From IMG/VR virus record IMGVR_UViG_3300027804_000038, positions 64,001 to 128,000 of that record: a stretch of 64,000 nucleotides of DNA; one strand, 5' to 3'. Shown in pieces: positions 1 to 9,118 of the stretch (within the stretch, counting starts at the first letter, position 1; each line of letters starts with the position of its first letter). The position numbers and the translations under genes were made by a program. The stretch comes from a virus. Lineage: Duplodnaviria; Caudoviricetes. The notes below the pieces were generated by a model. That model saw nothing but the letters and a program-made list of their open reading frames with translations. It was not told where the DNA came from and ran no database searches.

Positions 1-1
1 G

Positions 2-1507
2 GCAGCTTTAGACATTTATGCCGAAGAGTCTACAACTGTAAATCAAGATGGTTATATGCTACAAATTTATTCTGAATCAAGAAGAATAAAATCAATTTTA
101 GCAGATTTATTTAATAATAATTTAGATATTAATACTAACTTACCTATGTGGACAAGAAACACATGTAAGTATGGTGATAATTTTGTGTTTTTAAAGCTAG
201 ACCCTGAAAAAGGAGTAATTGGTTGTATGCAATTACCAATTATTGAAATTGAGAGATTGGAAGCAGGTATGGGAGGTAAGGCCGCTGACCCTGAAACCAA
301 CCCAACAAAAAAACATACTAAATTTAAATGGAAACAAAAAGACCTTGAATTTAATACTTGGGAAATTGCTCACTTTAGATTACTTGGGGATGATAGAAGG
401 TTACCTTATGGTACATCTATGCTTGAAAAGGCGAGACGTATATGGAAACAACTTTTATTGTCAGAGGATGCGATGTTGATTTATAGAACCTCAAGAGCGC
501 CAGAAAGACGTGTGTTTAAAGTATTTGTTGGAAACATGGATGACGCTGATGTTGAGCCATATATCCAAAGATTTGCAAATAAATTCAAGAGAGACCAAGT
601 AGTTGATAATAAAACAGGTAATGTTGATATGAGGTTCAATCAAATGGCGGTTGACCAAGATTATTTTGTTCCTGTTCGTGACCCTGCACAAGCATCACCA
701 ATTGAAACTTTACCAGGAGCAACTAATTTGTCAGAAATTGCAGATATTGAGTACATCCAAAAGAAATTACTAACGGCATTACGAGTTCCTAAAGCCTTTT
801 TAGGATTTGAAGAAGTTGTTGGTGATGGTAAAAACCTATCATTACAAGACATACGTTTTGCAAGAACAATCAATCGTATTCAAAAAAGTATGATTCAAGA
901 ATTAAATAAGATTGCAATAGTACATTTATTTATACTTGGATTTGAAGAGGAGATTTCAAATTTTACGTTATCATTAACAAATCCATCAACGCAAGCTGAT
1001 TTACTTAAAATAGACGTATGGAAAGAAAAGGTATTATTATACAAGGATATGGTTGCAGACCCTGGTTCAGGTATTGCTGCAGTATCCCAATCTTGGGCTA
1101 AAAAACATATTTTAGGATTTTCTGACGAGGAAATTAAACTTGATTTACAACAACAAAGAATTGAAAGGGCGGTTGGGGAAGAATTAAAGAAAACTGCTGA
1201 AGTTATTACTCATACAGGATTATTTGATAATTTAGATAAGTTATACGGTAAGAAGGAAGGGGAACCAGCAGGGTCTCCTACAGAAGGTGGTTCACCTCCA
1301 CCTCCAGGTGGAGAATCAACACCTCCTCCTGAGTCACCCGCACCACCAGCAGAATTAACACCAGAATCAATTGAATCGGTTGAAGACGGACTAAATATTC
1401 TACTTGAAAGTAATGATGTTACGGAAGATGATATATTAGATTTGTCTAAAGCAAGAAAATCTTTAGGTGAAATTGAAAACAAATTGAACACGTTACTAAA
1501 AGATTGA
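2..1507 (+). CDS. Portal vertex protein (T4 gp20-like), 5'-truncated by window edge
   Basis: Frame is open from position 2 (AALDIYAEESTT...) upstream of the track start at 56; gp20-like motifs KYGDNF, EDAMLIYR..RAPERRVF, GATNLSEIADIEYIQKKLLTAL RVPKAFL; first gene of portal-protease-scaffold-capsid block. Confidence 0.92.
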   Translation, partial: AALDIYAEESTTVNQDGYMLQIYSESRRIKSILADLFNNNLDINTNLPMWTRNTCKYGDNFVFLKLDPEKGVIGCMQLPIIEIERLEAGMGGKAADPETNPTKKHTKFKWKQKDLEFNTWEIAHFRLLGDDRRLPYGTSMLEKARRIWKQLLLSEDAMLIYRTSRAPERRVFKVFVGNMDDADVEPYIQRFANKFKRDQVVDNKTGNVDMRFNQMAVDQDYFVPVRDPAQASPIETLPGATNLSEIADIEYIQKKLLTALRVPKAFLGFEEVVGDGKNLSLQDIRFARTINRIQKSMIQELNKIAIVHLFILGFEEEISNFTLSLTNPSTQADLLKIDVWKEKVLLYKDMVADPGSGIAAVSQSWAKKHILGFSDEEIKLDLQQQRIERAVGEELKKTAEVITHTGLFDNLDKLYGKKEGEPAGSPTEGGSPPPPGGESTPPPESPAPPAELTPESIESVEDGLNILLESNDVTEDDILDLSKARKSLGEIENKLNTLLKD

Positions 1508-1514
1508 TATTTAT
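1508..1514 (+). promoter_or_regulatory. Putative late promoter TATTTAT
   Basis: 16 nt before ATG 1531. Confidence 0.55.
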
Positions 1515-1530
1515 AAAATAAAATTATAAA

Positions 1531-2241
1531 ATGAGATTTGGAGTAATAAAAACATTAATTGAAAACAAATTGGTTGAATCTTTTGTTAATAAAAGATTAT
1601 CAACCGACATGTCTTTTTTTCAAGACAAAATTTTAAAGGATAAATCATTTAAAAAACACATGTTTGTATATGATACTTTAAATGAAAATAAATCTTTAGA
1701 TTCTGAAACTGCAAATTATTTAATTGATGATTTAATTAACGATTTAAAAAATAATCCTTTGTCTGAAAATGTAATTAAAACAATAAAGAGATGGACAAAT
1801 GGAATAGTTAAAGAAAATAATTATTCTGTGATAGATAATTTGGTATACGGAGATGACTTACATCCTGAAAAAAAATCTATTGCTAGAAAACAAATAGTTG
1901 AATCGTTAGGAAAAAATAAGGTTATTAAAGAATCAAAAAGTAAAATACCTTTAAAGTCCATGGTTAAAATTGCAAACACAACAATTGCAAAAAAACTTGA
2001 GAATCTATCAGAATCTGATAAGGAAAAAATATTAAAGGTTTTAAAATCAGACGATGAAATTAAAGAAGAATTTAAAAAATTAAAAGAGGATACTCTAAAT
2101 AAAATTGATAGGTTAATTTCAGAATCACCTGAAGATTTGACACAAACATTGATTGAAACTAAAGAAAGATTAGGTAAATCAGATTTTTCAAAAAAAGAAT
2201 ATATTAAACTTATTAATTTAAATGACGGTTTAGTTCTCTAA
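1531..2241 (+). CDS. Hypothetical protein, positional analogue of T4 prohead core proteins (gp67/gp68)
   Basis: 236 aa ORF between portal and protease; many [ILV]-x-E sites (LIE, LVE, LNE, LSE, VKE, IVE, IKE) of the type cut by gp21-like proteases. Confidence 0.5.
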   Translation: MRFGVIKTLIENKLVESFVNKRLSTDMSFFQDKILKDKSFKKHMFVYDTLNENKSLDSETANYLIDDLINDLKNNPLSENVIKTIKRWTNGIVKENNYSVIDNLVYGDDLHPEKKSIARKQIVESLGKNKVIKESKSKIPLKSMVKIANTTIAKKLENLSESDKEKILKVLKSDDEIKEEFKKLKEDTLNKIDRLISESPEDLTQTLIETKERLGKSDFSKKEYIKLINLNDGLVL

Positions 2242-2415
2242 ATTCTTTTTTTCTTTATAGATTGCATTTTTTAAAGTCTGACGAGTTATGTCAGACTTTT
2301 TTTTATATGTTTTTCTATCTTGTAATTGCGATATTAATTTAGTTTTAATAACTTTTGATTTAAAAGATTTTAAGGCTTGCTCAATATTACCTTTTTTAAT
2401 TGGGACTATTAACAT
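2230..2415 (-). CDS. rpsU: Ribosomal protein bS21, Bacteroidetes-like
   Basis: 61 aa basic protein MLIVPIKKGNIEQALKSFKSKVIKTKLISQLQDRKTYKKKS...KNAIYKEK matches the bS21 pattern (MLIIPIK..ENIDRALK.YK.K..KTG...QLR.R..F.KPS...KAAY). Confidence 0.88.
   Translation of the reverse strand: MLIVPIKKGNIEQALKSFKSKVIKTKLISQLQDRKTYKKKSDITRQTLKNAIYKEKKNLEN
2273..2304 (+). terminator. Intrinsic terminator for portal-core transcript, lying inside the antisense rpsU CDS
   Basis: AAAGTCTGAC-gagttat-GTCAGACTTT perfect 10 bp stem followed by further Ts. Confidence 0.7.
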
Positions 2416-2416
2416 T

Positions 2417-2447
2417 TTGACAAATGGAATTTTATGTGTTAAATTTA
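2417..2447 (+). promoter_or_regulatory. Putative early/host-RNAP promoter (Bacteroidetes-type TTG-N20-TAnnTTTN)
   Basis: TTGACA at 2417, TAAATTTA at 2440-2447, upstream of 2483 ORF. Confidence 0.55.
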
Positions 2448-2454
2448 TTAAACA

Positions 2455-2461
2455 ATAAATA
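2455..2461 (-). promoter_or_regulatory. Putative late promoter TATTTAT for rpsU
   Basis: 39 nt before ATG 2415. Confidence 0.4.
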
Positions 2462-2482
2462 AAAAGAAATCATGCAAAGTTA

Positions 2483-2932
2483 ATGAAGAAAGGTAAATCT
2501 TGTATTTTAAATGGATACAAAAATTTAAAATGTAATTATGGAACAGTAGATGCTAAAAATCTAAAATCAATTTATATAAACATTCAGTCTTGGGTCGAAC
2601 CAGTCAAGTTTTTTGAGAATTGGGATAAGCCCGTATCAAATCTATCAAAAATAATTAAACAATTACTAAATGAAATAGTGGATAAACTAATTTATGACAA
2701 TAAATTTATTGTTGATTTAGATTTAAGAACGAGCGGAATATCTTTAGGCAAAAGGTCTTTTATGAATTTAGAAATTACTTTGTTTATTAAAAACCCTATA
2801 GATTTTAAATCTATGATTTTAAGAAAAAGTGTCAAAGACATTGTAAGTTCGATACAGAAAGAAATTTTAAATAACTCAAATTATTTTATTTTTCATCTTA
2901 CAAAGACTGACAAAATTGTAAAAAGCGAATAA
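2483..2932 (+). CDS. Hypothetical protein
   Basis: 149 aa intact ORF with own putative promoter. Confidence 0.75.
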   Translation: MKKGKSCILNGYKNLKCNYGTVDAKNLKSIYINIQSWVEPVKFFENWDKPVSNLSKIIKQLLNEIVDKLIYDNKFIVDLDLRTSGISLGKRSFMNLEITLFIKNPIDFKSMILRKSVKDIVSSIQKEILNNSNYFIFHLTKTDKIVKSE

Positions 2933-2938
2933 GTTTAA

Positions 2939-2945
2939 TATTTAT
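2939..2945 (+). promoter_or_regulatory. Putative late promoter TATTTAT
   Basis: 15 nt before protease ATG. Confidence 0.6.
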
Positions 2946-2960
2946 AAAAAAAAATATTAA

Positions 2961-3680
2961 ATGCAAAATTTTAAAATACTTGGTCCTAATGAAATCGGTA
3001 AGGGTATTCTTATTGAATACGATGCGGGATACGTATCCCCTAAAGAATTTTCTAATGATAAAATTATAAAAGAAAATTTAAACACTACCGATTATTCAAA
3101 ACCTTTTGAATTTTATGCCGTACTCCAAAAGTATGACACACCAAATAGAAATGGTAGAATATACCCCGAAAGAATTCTAAAAAGAGAGTCAGAGAATTAT
3201 ATAAAAAATTATATTAATAGAGGGACTTCTCTATCGGAATTAAACCACCCTGAATCTTCATTAATTGATTTAGATAGAGTTTCACACATCATAACTGAAA
3301 TGTGGTGGGATAAAAATGTTTTACTAGGTAAACTTAGACTTTTAACTTCTCCAGGATTCCATGAAAGAGGAATTGTCTCAACTAAAGGAGACCAAGCCGC
3401 TAATTTACTAAGACAAGGAGTAACACTAGGTATATCATCAAGAGGTGTAGGTTCTTTAAAAAAGAAAGGAGAACAAAATGAAGTTCAAGATGATTTTGAA
3501 TTAATTTGTTTTGATTTAGTATCTTCCCCATCAACACCTGGAGCATATCTTTTTAAAGATGAAAAGGATAGATATAAGTACGAGGAAAATTTAAAAGAAG
3601 AAAATGAATTAAAAGCTCAAAGAGGTATTGGGGATTCTATTGATTTAATGAAAAAACTTTCCGATTATTTATCAAAATAA
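2961..3680 (+). CDS. Prohead core protein protease (T4 gp21-like, S77/U9)
   Basis: Motifs NRNGRIYP, SLSELNHPE (His), GISSRGVGS (Ser), DDFELICFDLVSSPSTPGAY. Confidence 0.95.
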   Translation: MQNFKILGPNEIGKGILIEYDAGYVSPKEFSNDKIIKENLNTTDYSKPFEFYAVLQKYDTPNRNGRIYPERILKRESENYIKNYINRGTSLSELNHPESSLIDLDRVSHIITEMWWDKNVLLGKLRLLTSPGFHERGIVSTKGDQAANLLRQGVTLGISSRGVGSLKKKGEQNEVQDDFELICFDLVSSPSTPGAYLFKDEKDRYKYEENLKEENELKAQRGIGDSIDLMKKLSDYLSK

Positions 3681-3686
3681 TTAATT

Positions 3687-3896
3687 ATGGATGAAAAATA
3701 TTTTGTAGCAAAAATTACAATTGATGACGTTGATTCGGAATCAGGAAAAATCAAAAAACAAAAAGAAGAAAAATTAGTTAAAGGATATAGCCCAACTGAT
3801 GTCGAGGCTAAGGTTACTAAAGTTTTTGAAAGTTACTCACAAGACTGGAGAATTACAGCAATCGTTGAGAGTAAGATTGATGAAGTAATAGAATAA
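3687..3896 (+). CDS. Hypothetical protein
   Basis: 69 aa ORF 6 nt after protease, followed by terminator. Confidence 0.7.
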   Translation: MDEKYFVAKITIDDVDSESGKIKKQKEEKLVKGYSPTDVEAKVTKVFESYSQDWRITAIVESKIDEVIE

Positions 3897-3916
3897 ACTA
3901 ATTTATTTAAAAAAAT

Positions 3917-3944
3917 AAAAAGGAGTCGATTGACTCCTTTTTTT
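3917..3944. terminator. Intrinsic terminator (A-tract/T-tract, potentially bidirectional)
   Basis: AAAAAGGAGTC-gatt-GACTCCTTTTTTT. Confidence 0.85.
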
Positions 3945-3985
3945 ATTTATACCAATTAAAAATAGATTTTTTTGTCATAACGATA

Positions 3986-3992
3986 TATTTAT
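3986..3992 (+). promoter_or_regulatory. Putative late promoter TATTTAT (scaffold-capsid operon)
   Basis: 14 nt before ATG 4007, just after terminator. Confidence 0.65.
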
Positions 3993-4006
3993 CAATAAAA
4001 CTTAAA

Positions 4007-5461
4007 ATGGCAGAAAAAAATTTAGTTGAAGAAACTCTAATCCAAATCCAAAATTTGGAGGAAGTTATCAATGAAAACGCAAAAGAAATACTTGCTTCAA
4101 CCATGAAGGAAGAAATTAGCGAATTAGTAAAAGAGTCTATGAAACAAGATGAGACTGACAAAGAATCTGAGTTTACCGAAGAAATGACTGAGGCAGACGA
4201 AGAGGATGAAACAGAAGAAATTGAAATGGATTTTGACACTGAGGAAGATTCAGATGAATCTGAAGAATTGGAAGATTCTGAAGATGAAATGGAAATGGAC
4301 TTAGATATGGATGATGAAATGGAAATGGATTCTGATTTAGAAGATGAAACAGATGTGATTGATTTAACATCAGCTTCTGACGAAGAAATTCTAAAAGTAT
4401 TTAAATCTATGTCTGCTGAAGATGAAATTACTGTTACTAAAGACGGTGACTACATTCATTTAACTGACGAAGATGACGAGTACTTGATTCAAACCGAAGG
4501 AGAGCTTGAAACCGAGCTTGAAGAAGGTTGGGAATCTGAAGAAGAACAAGAATTAGAAGAATCTGATGAGGAATTAGAAGAAACTATTTATGAGATTTCT
4601 TTTGACGATTTTGAAGATTTTGATTCTGAAGAAGAATATGATTTTAAGAAAGATTTAGAAGATTTTGATGAGAAATCTGAGTTTTATTCTGAAATGGAAG
4701 AATCTACATCTATTCATGAGAAGTATGACCATAAGAAAGGTTCAAAAAGTGTTAAACCAAAAGTTGGTAAAGGAGCTAAAACAGGTTCTGCGTCTAAATT
4801 CTCTTATAAAAATAACAAAGGAGGATTTAAAGAAGAAATGCCAAAGGCTGACCCTACCAAATTTGCAGGTAAAGTTAAAAAATTCGAGTTTAAAGAAACA
4901 GATTTAAGTGCAGCATCTGAAAAAGAAGCTAAGGCATTTGCATCTAAGAAAAGTGAGACTAAAGAAGCATCTCGTACATATGGAATGGGATGGAGAAAAG
5001 ACGCACTACCTAAAGGTGCAAGAGCTGGTTCTAAACAAGCTAGAATGAGAACTGAGTCTGTTATTGATGAGGTTGAAATGTTAAGGTCTAAAAATGAAGA
5101 ATACAGAAAGGCACTTAATTTATTCCGTGAAAAATTGAATGAAGTAGCGGTTTTCAATTCAAACTTGGCATATGCAACTCGATTATTTACTGAACACTCA
5201 ACATCTAAACAAGAAAAAATTAACATCTTGAGAAGATTTGATTCTGCTGAAACACTTAAAGAATCTAAAGCATTATACAAAACAATAAAAGATGAACTTT
5301 TATCTGATAATACTGTGACAAAATCAATCAATGAATCAATTGAAAGAGTAATTGAACGTGAACCACAATCAGGTTCGGCAATTAATCTAATTGAATCTAA
5401 GACGTATGAAAACCCTCAGTTTTTAAGAATGAAAGACATCATGGCAAAAATTGCCAAATAA
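4007..5461 (+). CDS. Prohead core scaffolding protein (T4 gp22-like)
   Basis: 484 aa, extremely acidic middle, C-terminal coiled coil (LNEVAVFNSNLAYATRLF...ILRRFD), immediately upstream of capsid gene. Confidence 0.8.
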   Translation: MAEKNLVEETLIQIQNLEEVINENAKEILASTMKEEISELVKESMKQDETDKESEFTEEMTEADEEDETEEIEMDFDTEEDSDESEELEDSEDEMEMDLDMDDEMEMDSDLEDETDVIDLTSASDEEILKVFKSMSAEDEITVTKDGDYIHLTDEDDEYLIQTEGELETELEEGWESEEEQELEESDEELEETIYEISFDDFEDFDSEEEYDFKKDLEDFDEKSEFYSEMEESTSIHEKYDHKKGSKSVKPKVGKGAKTGSASKFSYKNNKGGFKEEMPKADPTKFAGKVKKFEFKETDLSAASEKEAKAFASKKSETKEASRTYGMGWRKDALPKGARAGSKQARMRTESVIDEVEMLRSKNEEYRKALNLFREKLNEVAVFNSNLAYATRLFTEHSTSKQEKINILRRFDSAETLKESKALYKTIKDELLSDNTVTKSINESIERVIEREPQSGSAINLIESKTYENPQFLRMKDIMAKIAK

Positions 5462-5497
5462 AAAAAATAAATAATAAAATAAAAACCAAAAAATAAA

Positions 5498-7327
5498 ATG
5501 GGAGCATTATTAGAATCAGGTCTTGTTGGTAACATTGGTCTTAAGCACCTTAAAGTTATCAAAGAAGATACTATTAACAAATGGGACAAATTAGGGTTCC
5601 TTGAAGGTCTTCGTGGCCACCTAAAAGAAAACGTAGCTCAGTTGTATGAAAACCAAGCTTCGCACTTAATAAACGAATCAACTTCAACTGCGGACTCAGG
5701 TTCGTTTGAAACCGTTGTATTCCCAATCATTCGTCGTGTATTCTCTAAGCTTTTGGCTAACGAGATTGTATCTGTACAGGCTATGAACTTACCTGTTGGT
5801 AAATTGTTCTACTTTGTACCACGTATCCAAGGATGGACAGGTGCAACTCCAGCAGTTGCTAATGGAAATCAAAATGGTCACTACGCACCATTCGGTTCAC
5901 CAAACGGTCCTGCATCAGTTAACGCTGGTTATGGTACAGACACAGGAGCTATCGCTAAGAACACTTACGATTTGTTCTATGAAGGTACTGAACCATCATT
6001 AGACCCACCAGGATTGTTTGACTACTCAAAAGGTCGTTATTCTTGGTTGTCTGCAGCAACTAACACTGTTGTTTGGAATACATCTGGTAATTTACAAGTT
6101 TCAGGATACGGTTCTGGCGAATATCGTAAGATATTGGTTGCAATGTCAGGTTTCTCTAACTCAGGTGCTGGTAAGATTATTGGTCCTGATGGACAAGAAA
6201 TGGATACTGAATCTTTCTTATCAGATTTAACAATCCTTCCAACTCAAGCATCTATCGGAGGATTAACATTCTCTACTACCACTCCATTATTATTCCGTGT
6301 AGTAACACAGAAATATGGACAAGGAATGGTACAGTACGGTTCATCAACAACAACTACTTGGCCAACTAACGGTAATGGTGGTACTTATTTTGATATTTGT
6401 ACACCAAACGGAGTTATCTATTTAGAAATTGATTTACAAGTACCTGCATGTATCGCTTGTGGTCAATCTACACCTGATGGATATAGTGGACTTACTTTCA
6501 CTTCTGCAGTATCTGCTACAACTGCTAGTAACCCATTCACGGCTTACTTTAAGCGTTATGAAGAATTAGAATTCGAAGACAGAATTGGTGAAGTTTCTTT
6601 TGATTTAGAATCAGTAACTGTTTCTGTGACTGAAAGAAAGTTAAGAGCACAATGGTCACCAGAACTTGCACAGGACGTTGCGGCATTCCACAACATTGAC
6701 GCTGAAGCTGAATTAACAGCTTTATTGTCTGAACAAGTGGCTGCTGAAATCGACCGTGAAATCTTACGTGACTTACGTAAAGGTGCAGCTTGGACATTAC
6801 GTTGGGATTACAACGGATGGAAGCGTCTGAATAACCAAGCAACTCCGTATACTCAAAAGGACTGGAATCAAACTCTTATCACTGCGATTAACCAAATCTC
6901 AGCTCAAATCCACAAGTCAACTCTTCGTGGTGGAGCTAACTGGATTGTAGTATCTTCTGAAATCTCTGCGATTTTCGATGACTTACAATACTTCCACGTT
7001 TCTAACGCAGCACCTGAGCAAGACCAGTACAACATGGGTATTGAGAGAATCGGTACATTGGCAGGTCGTTACCAAGTATATCGTGACCCATACTTCCCAC
7101 CAAACACTGTGTTGTTAGGTCACAAAGGTACATCGTTACTTGATACTGGTTACATCTACGCACCATACGTACCATTACAATTAACTCCAACAATGTACAA
7201 CCCATTCAACTTCACACCTATCAAAGGTATCATGACACGTTACGCTAAGAAGATGGTTAACAACCGTTTCTTCGGACGTATCATCGTTGATGGTGTTCGT
7301 ACGTTTGATTTGAGAGAATTGAGATAA
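5498..7327 (+). CDS. Major capsid protein (T4 gp23-like) with large internal insertion
   Basis: Motifs VSVQAMNLP.GKLFY, ERKLRAQWSPELAQD..AFHNIDAEAELT..LSEQ.AAEIDREI, GYIYAPYVPL, KGIMTRYA; high-expression codon bias (cgt, aac, ttc, atc). Confidence 0.97.
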   Translation: MGALLESGLVGNIGLKHLKVIKEDTINKWDKLGFLEGLRGHLKENVAQLYENQASHLINESTSTADSGSFETVVFPIIRRVFSKLLANEIVSVQAMNLPVGKLFYFVPRIQGWTGATPAVANGNQNGHYAPFGSPNGPASVNAGYGTDTGAIAKNTYDLFYEGTEPSLDPPGLFDYSKGRYSWLSAATNTVVWNTSGNLQVSGYGSGEYRKILVAMSGFSNSGAGKIIGPDGQEMDTESFLSDLTILPTQASIGGLTFSTTTPLLFRVVTQKYGQGMVQYGSSTTTTWPTNGNGGTYFDICTPNGVIYLEIDLQVPACIACGQSTPDGYSGLTFTSAVSATTASNPFTAYFKRYEELEFEDRIGEVSFDLESVTVSVTERKLRAQWSPELAQDVAAFHNIDAEAELTALLSEQVAAEIDREILRDLRKGAAWTLRWDYNGWKRLNNQATPYTQKDWNQTLITAINQISAQIHKSTLRGGANWIVVSSEISAIFDDLQYFHVSNAAPEQDQYNMGIERIGTLAGRYQVYRDPYFPPNTVLLGHKGTSLLDTGYIYAPYVPLQLTPTMYNPFNFTPIKGIMTRYAKKMVNNRFFGRIIVDGVRTFDLRELR

Positions 7328-7346
7328 TCATTAACTCAATATAATT

Positions 7347-7376
7347 AAAAAGGTCAGAGAAATCTGACCTTTTTTT
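7347..7376. terminator. Bidirectional intrinsic terminator between convergent genes
   Basis: AAAAAGGTCAGA-gaaa-TCTGACCTTTTTTT, GNRA loop. Confidence 0.9.
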
Positions 7377-7383
7377 ATTTAAA

Positions 7384-7632
7384 TTATTCCCCTAATAACC
7401 GTAGCGCTTTTGATATTGCCTCAACTTCATCCATCTTAAACGCCCCTCTTCTAAATCCAGCTTTTGATGCTTCTATAAGACAATAAATTGCCTGTTCTTT
7501 GGTCATTTTATTATAAAAATTGTCCAGTTGTTCGTCACTATAATAAGTTATAGATTCAAATAAAGAACCTTTAGGGGTTAATTGTTCAATTTTGTCTTGT
7601 ATCTCTTTTTCTATATTTTTATCAGTTTCCAT
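7384..7632 (-). CDS. Hypothetical protein
   Basis: 82 aa ORF filling the gap between terminator and next gene. Confidence 0.7.
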   Translation of the reverse strand: METDKNIEKEIQDKIEQLTPKGSLFESITYYSDEQLDNFYNKMTKEQAIYCLIEASKAGFRRGAFKMDEVEAISKALRLLGE

Positions 7633-7641
7633 TAAATTAGA

Positions 7642-7648
7642 TATTTAT
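7642..7648 (+). promoter_or_regulatory. Putative late promoter TATTTAT
   Basis: 17 nt before ATG 7666. Confidence 0.55.
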
Positions 7649-7665
7649 CTAATAATAGATAAAAT

Positions 7666-8313
7666 ATGTCTAAAAAGAAACTAAATAGTATTAATGATAT
7701 TGTTGAATCATTATTTTTAAAAGAAACTACAAATACTAATGTAAGTTCAGGTATATATAATGCACCTATAGAGATAGAAGATAAAGAATGGGATGAACAT
7801 ATATTATCACCATTTATTAATAAATCTAACCATTATCATAATAATAAAGTTAAAGATAAGGAGTTAGGTGATAAAATCAAATTTAAACACGGTTATATTG
7901 AGAAAGATAACCCAAACAAAGGGAAATCAAAAAGGTTAATTACACCTGTAAATGAAAGTGAAACTAATGAAGATTTGGCGGTTTGGTTTGGTAAAAAAAA
8001 GAAACCAAAGGGAAGTAAACAGCCTAAGGGTCCATGGGTTAATATTTGTCGTAAGAAAGATGGTAAACATCCTCCTTGTGGTAGACCTGAATCATCCGAT
8101 AAGGGGTACCCAAAATGCAGAGCTGCGGGGGTTGCTGGAAAAATGTCTGACTCTCAAAAAAGAGCGGCATGTCAACAAAAAAGAAAGGCTGAAAAAAAAG
8201 ATACCCAAACAGGTAAAGGACAAAAACCTGTTATGACTTCGTATAAACCAAAAAATAAAAAAAGTAAGAACGAATCAGTTTTGATTAGTCTAATAAGAAA
8301 AGTTTTAAAATGA
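7666..8313 (+). CDS. Basic Cys-containing conserved viral protein (WF..K..WVNI..PCGR..YPKCR motif)
   Basis: C-terminal half DLAVWFGKKK...GPWVNICRKKDGKHPPCGRPE...YPKCRAAG, very Lys-rich; late motif upstream. Confidence 0.6.
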   Translation: MSKKKLNSINDIVESLFLKETTNTNVSSGIYNAPIEIEDKEWDEHILSPFINKSNHYHNNKVKDKELGDKIKFKHGYIEKDNPNKGKSKRLITPVNESETNEDLAVWFGKKKKPKGSKQPKGPWVNICRKKDGKHPPCGRPESSDKGYPKCRAAGVAGKMSDSQKRAACQQKRKAEKKDTQTGKGQKPVMTSYKPKNKKSKNESVLISLIRKVLK

Positions 8314-8702
8314 AAGTTTGTTTAAAATATAAAAAAAAATTATTTCAAAAATATCAGTTAGACATAATAATAGATTTTATTAATCTATTACAAAAAAAAT
8401 TACCAGTAAATGGAGAAATAACTATATATTTTCTTTCAGAAAGAAAGGGTGGGATGACAACAGGCTCATTTTTAAACAAAAATAATTCAATAAAAATATT
8501 AGCTAAAAATAGAATGTTGTCTGATATTCTAAGAACTTTATCTCATGAATGGGCACATTGTTATGATAGACAACATTTGAATATAACCGACAGAAGAGAC
8601 ATAGGTGGAGAATCAGAAAATTTTGCAAATGCTAAATCAGGAGAAATAACCAAGCTATATATTAAATCAAACAAACATAAAGAAGATAAAATATTTGAAT
8701 AA
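8310..8702 (+). CDS. HExxH zinc metallopeptidase-like protein
   Basis: LRTLSHEWAHCY plus downstream ESENFANA glutamate; 130 aa. Confidence 0.6.
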   Translation: MKVCLKYKKKLFQKYQLDIIIDFINLLQKKLPVNGEITIYFLSERKGGMTTGSFLNKNNSIKILAKNRMLSDILRTLSHEWAHCYDRQHLNITDRRDIGGESENFANAKSGEITKLYIKSNKHKEDKIFE

Positions 8703-9104
8703 TTATATACAAATTTTTGAATAAATAGTCTCCAATGAATGTTTAATTTGAACATCTAACTCTTTTTCCATCTTTAAAGCTCTATCATCCATTTCTTTTT
8801 TAAAGTATTCTTTAAGTTTTTGCCAATATAAATCAGGTAATTTTATAAAGTAACTATATGTATGATTGGTAATTGTTATCTCCCCTTCCTCCATGGTAAT
8901 AAAAATACCAAACTCTTCGTTTTTGATATATTTTTTTCCAGAAATTGGTGCAATTAACAATTCTGAATTTGGGTTATGAATCAATTTTCTACATATTGCC
9001 GAACATTGATTAATCCTGGTTCTTTGGATTTTTCTAATCTCAGTTTGAGTTAGACTTCTTACAAAAAGTTTGTATTTGGCAATTATTCTTCTAAAGAATG
9101 ACAT
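8703..9104 (-). CDS. Hypothetical protein
   Basis: 133 aa ORF with Bacteroidetes-type promoter upstream. Confidence 0.7.
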   Translation of the reverse strand: MSFFRRIIAKYKLFVRSLTQTEIRKIQRTRINQCSAICRKLIHNPNSELLIAPISGKKYIKNEEFGIFITMEEGEITITNHTYSYFIKLPDLYWQKLKEYFKKEMDDRALKMEKELDVQIKHSLETIYSKICI

Positions 9105-9118
9105 ATGATTATTTTTTA

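Noticed and set aside
4180-4700. Repetitive gaa/gat-rich DNA as a repeat element
   Set aside because: Explained by the Glu/Asp-rich scaffold protein
67-7205. Many 60-175 aa ORFs overlapping portal, scaffold and capsid genes
   Set aside because: Fully nested in well-supported genes, no motifs or start signals
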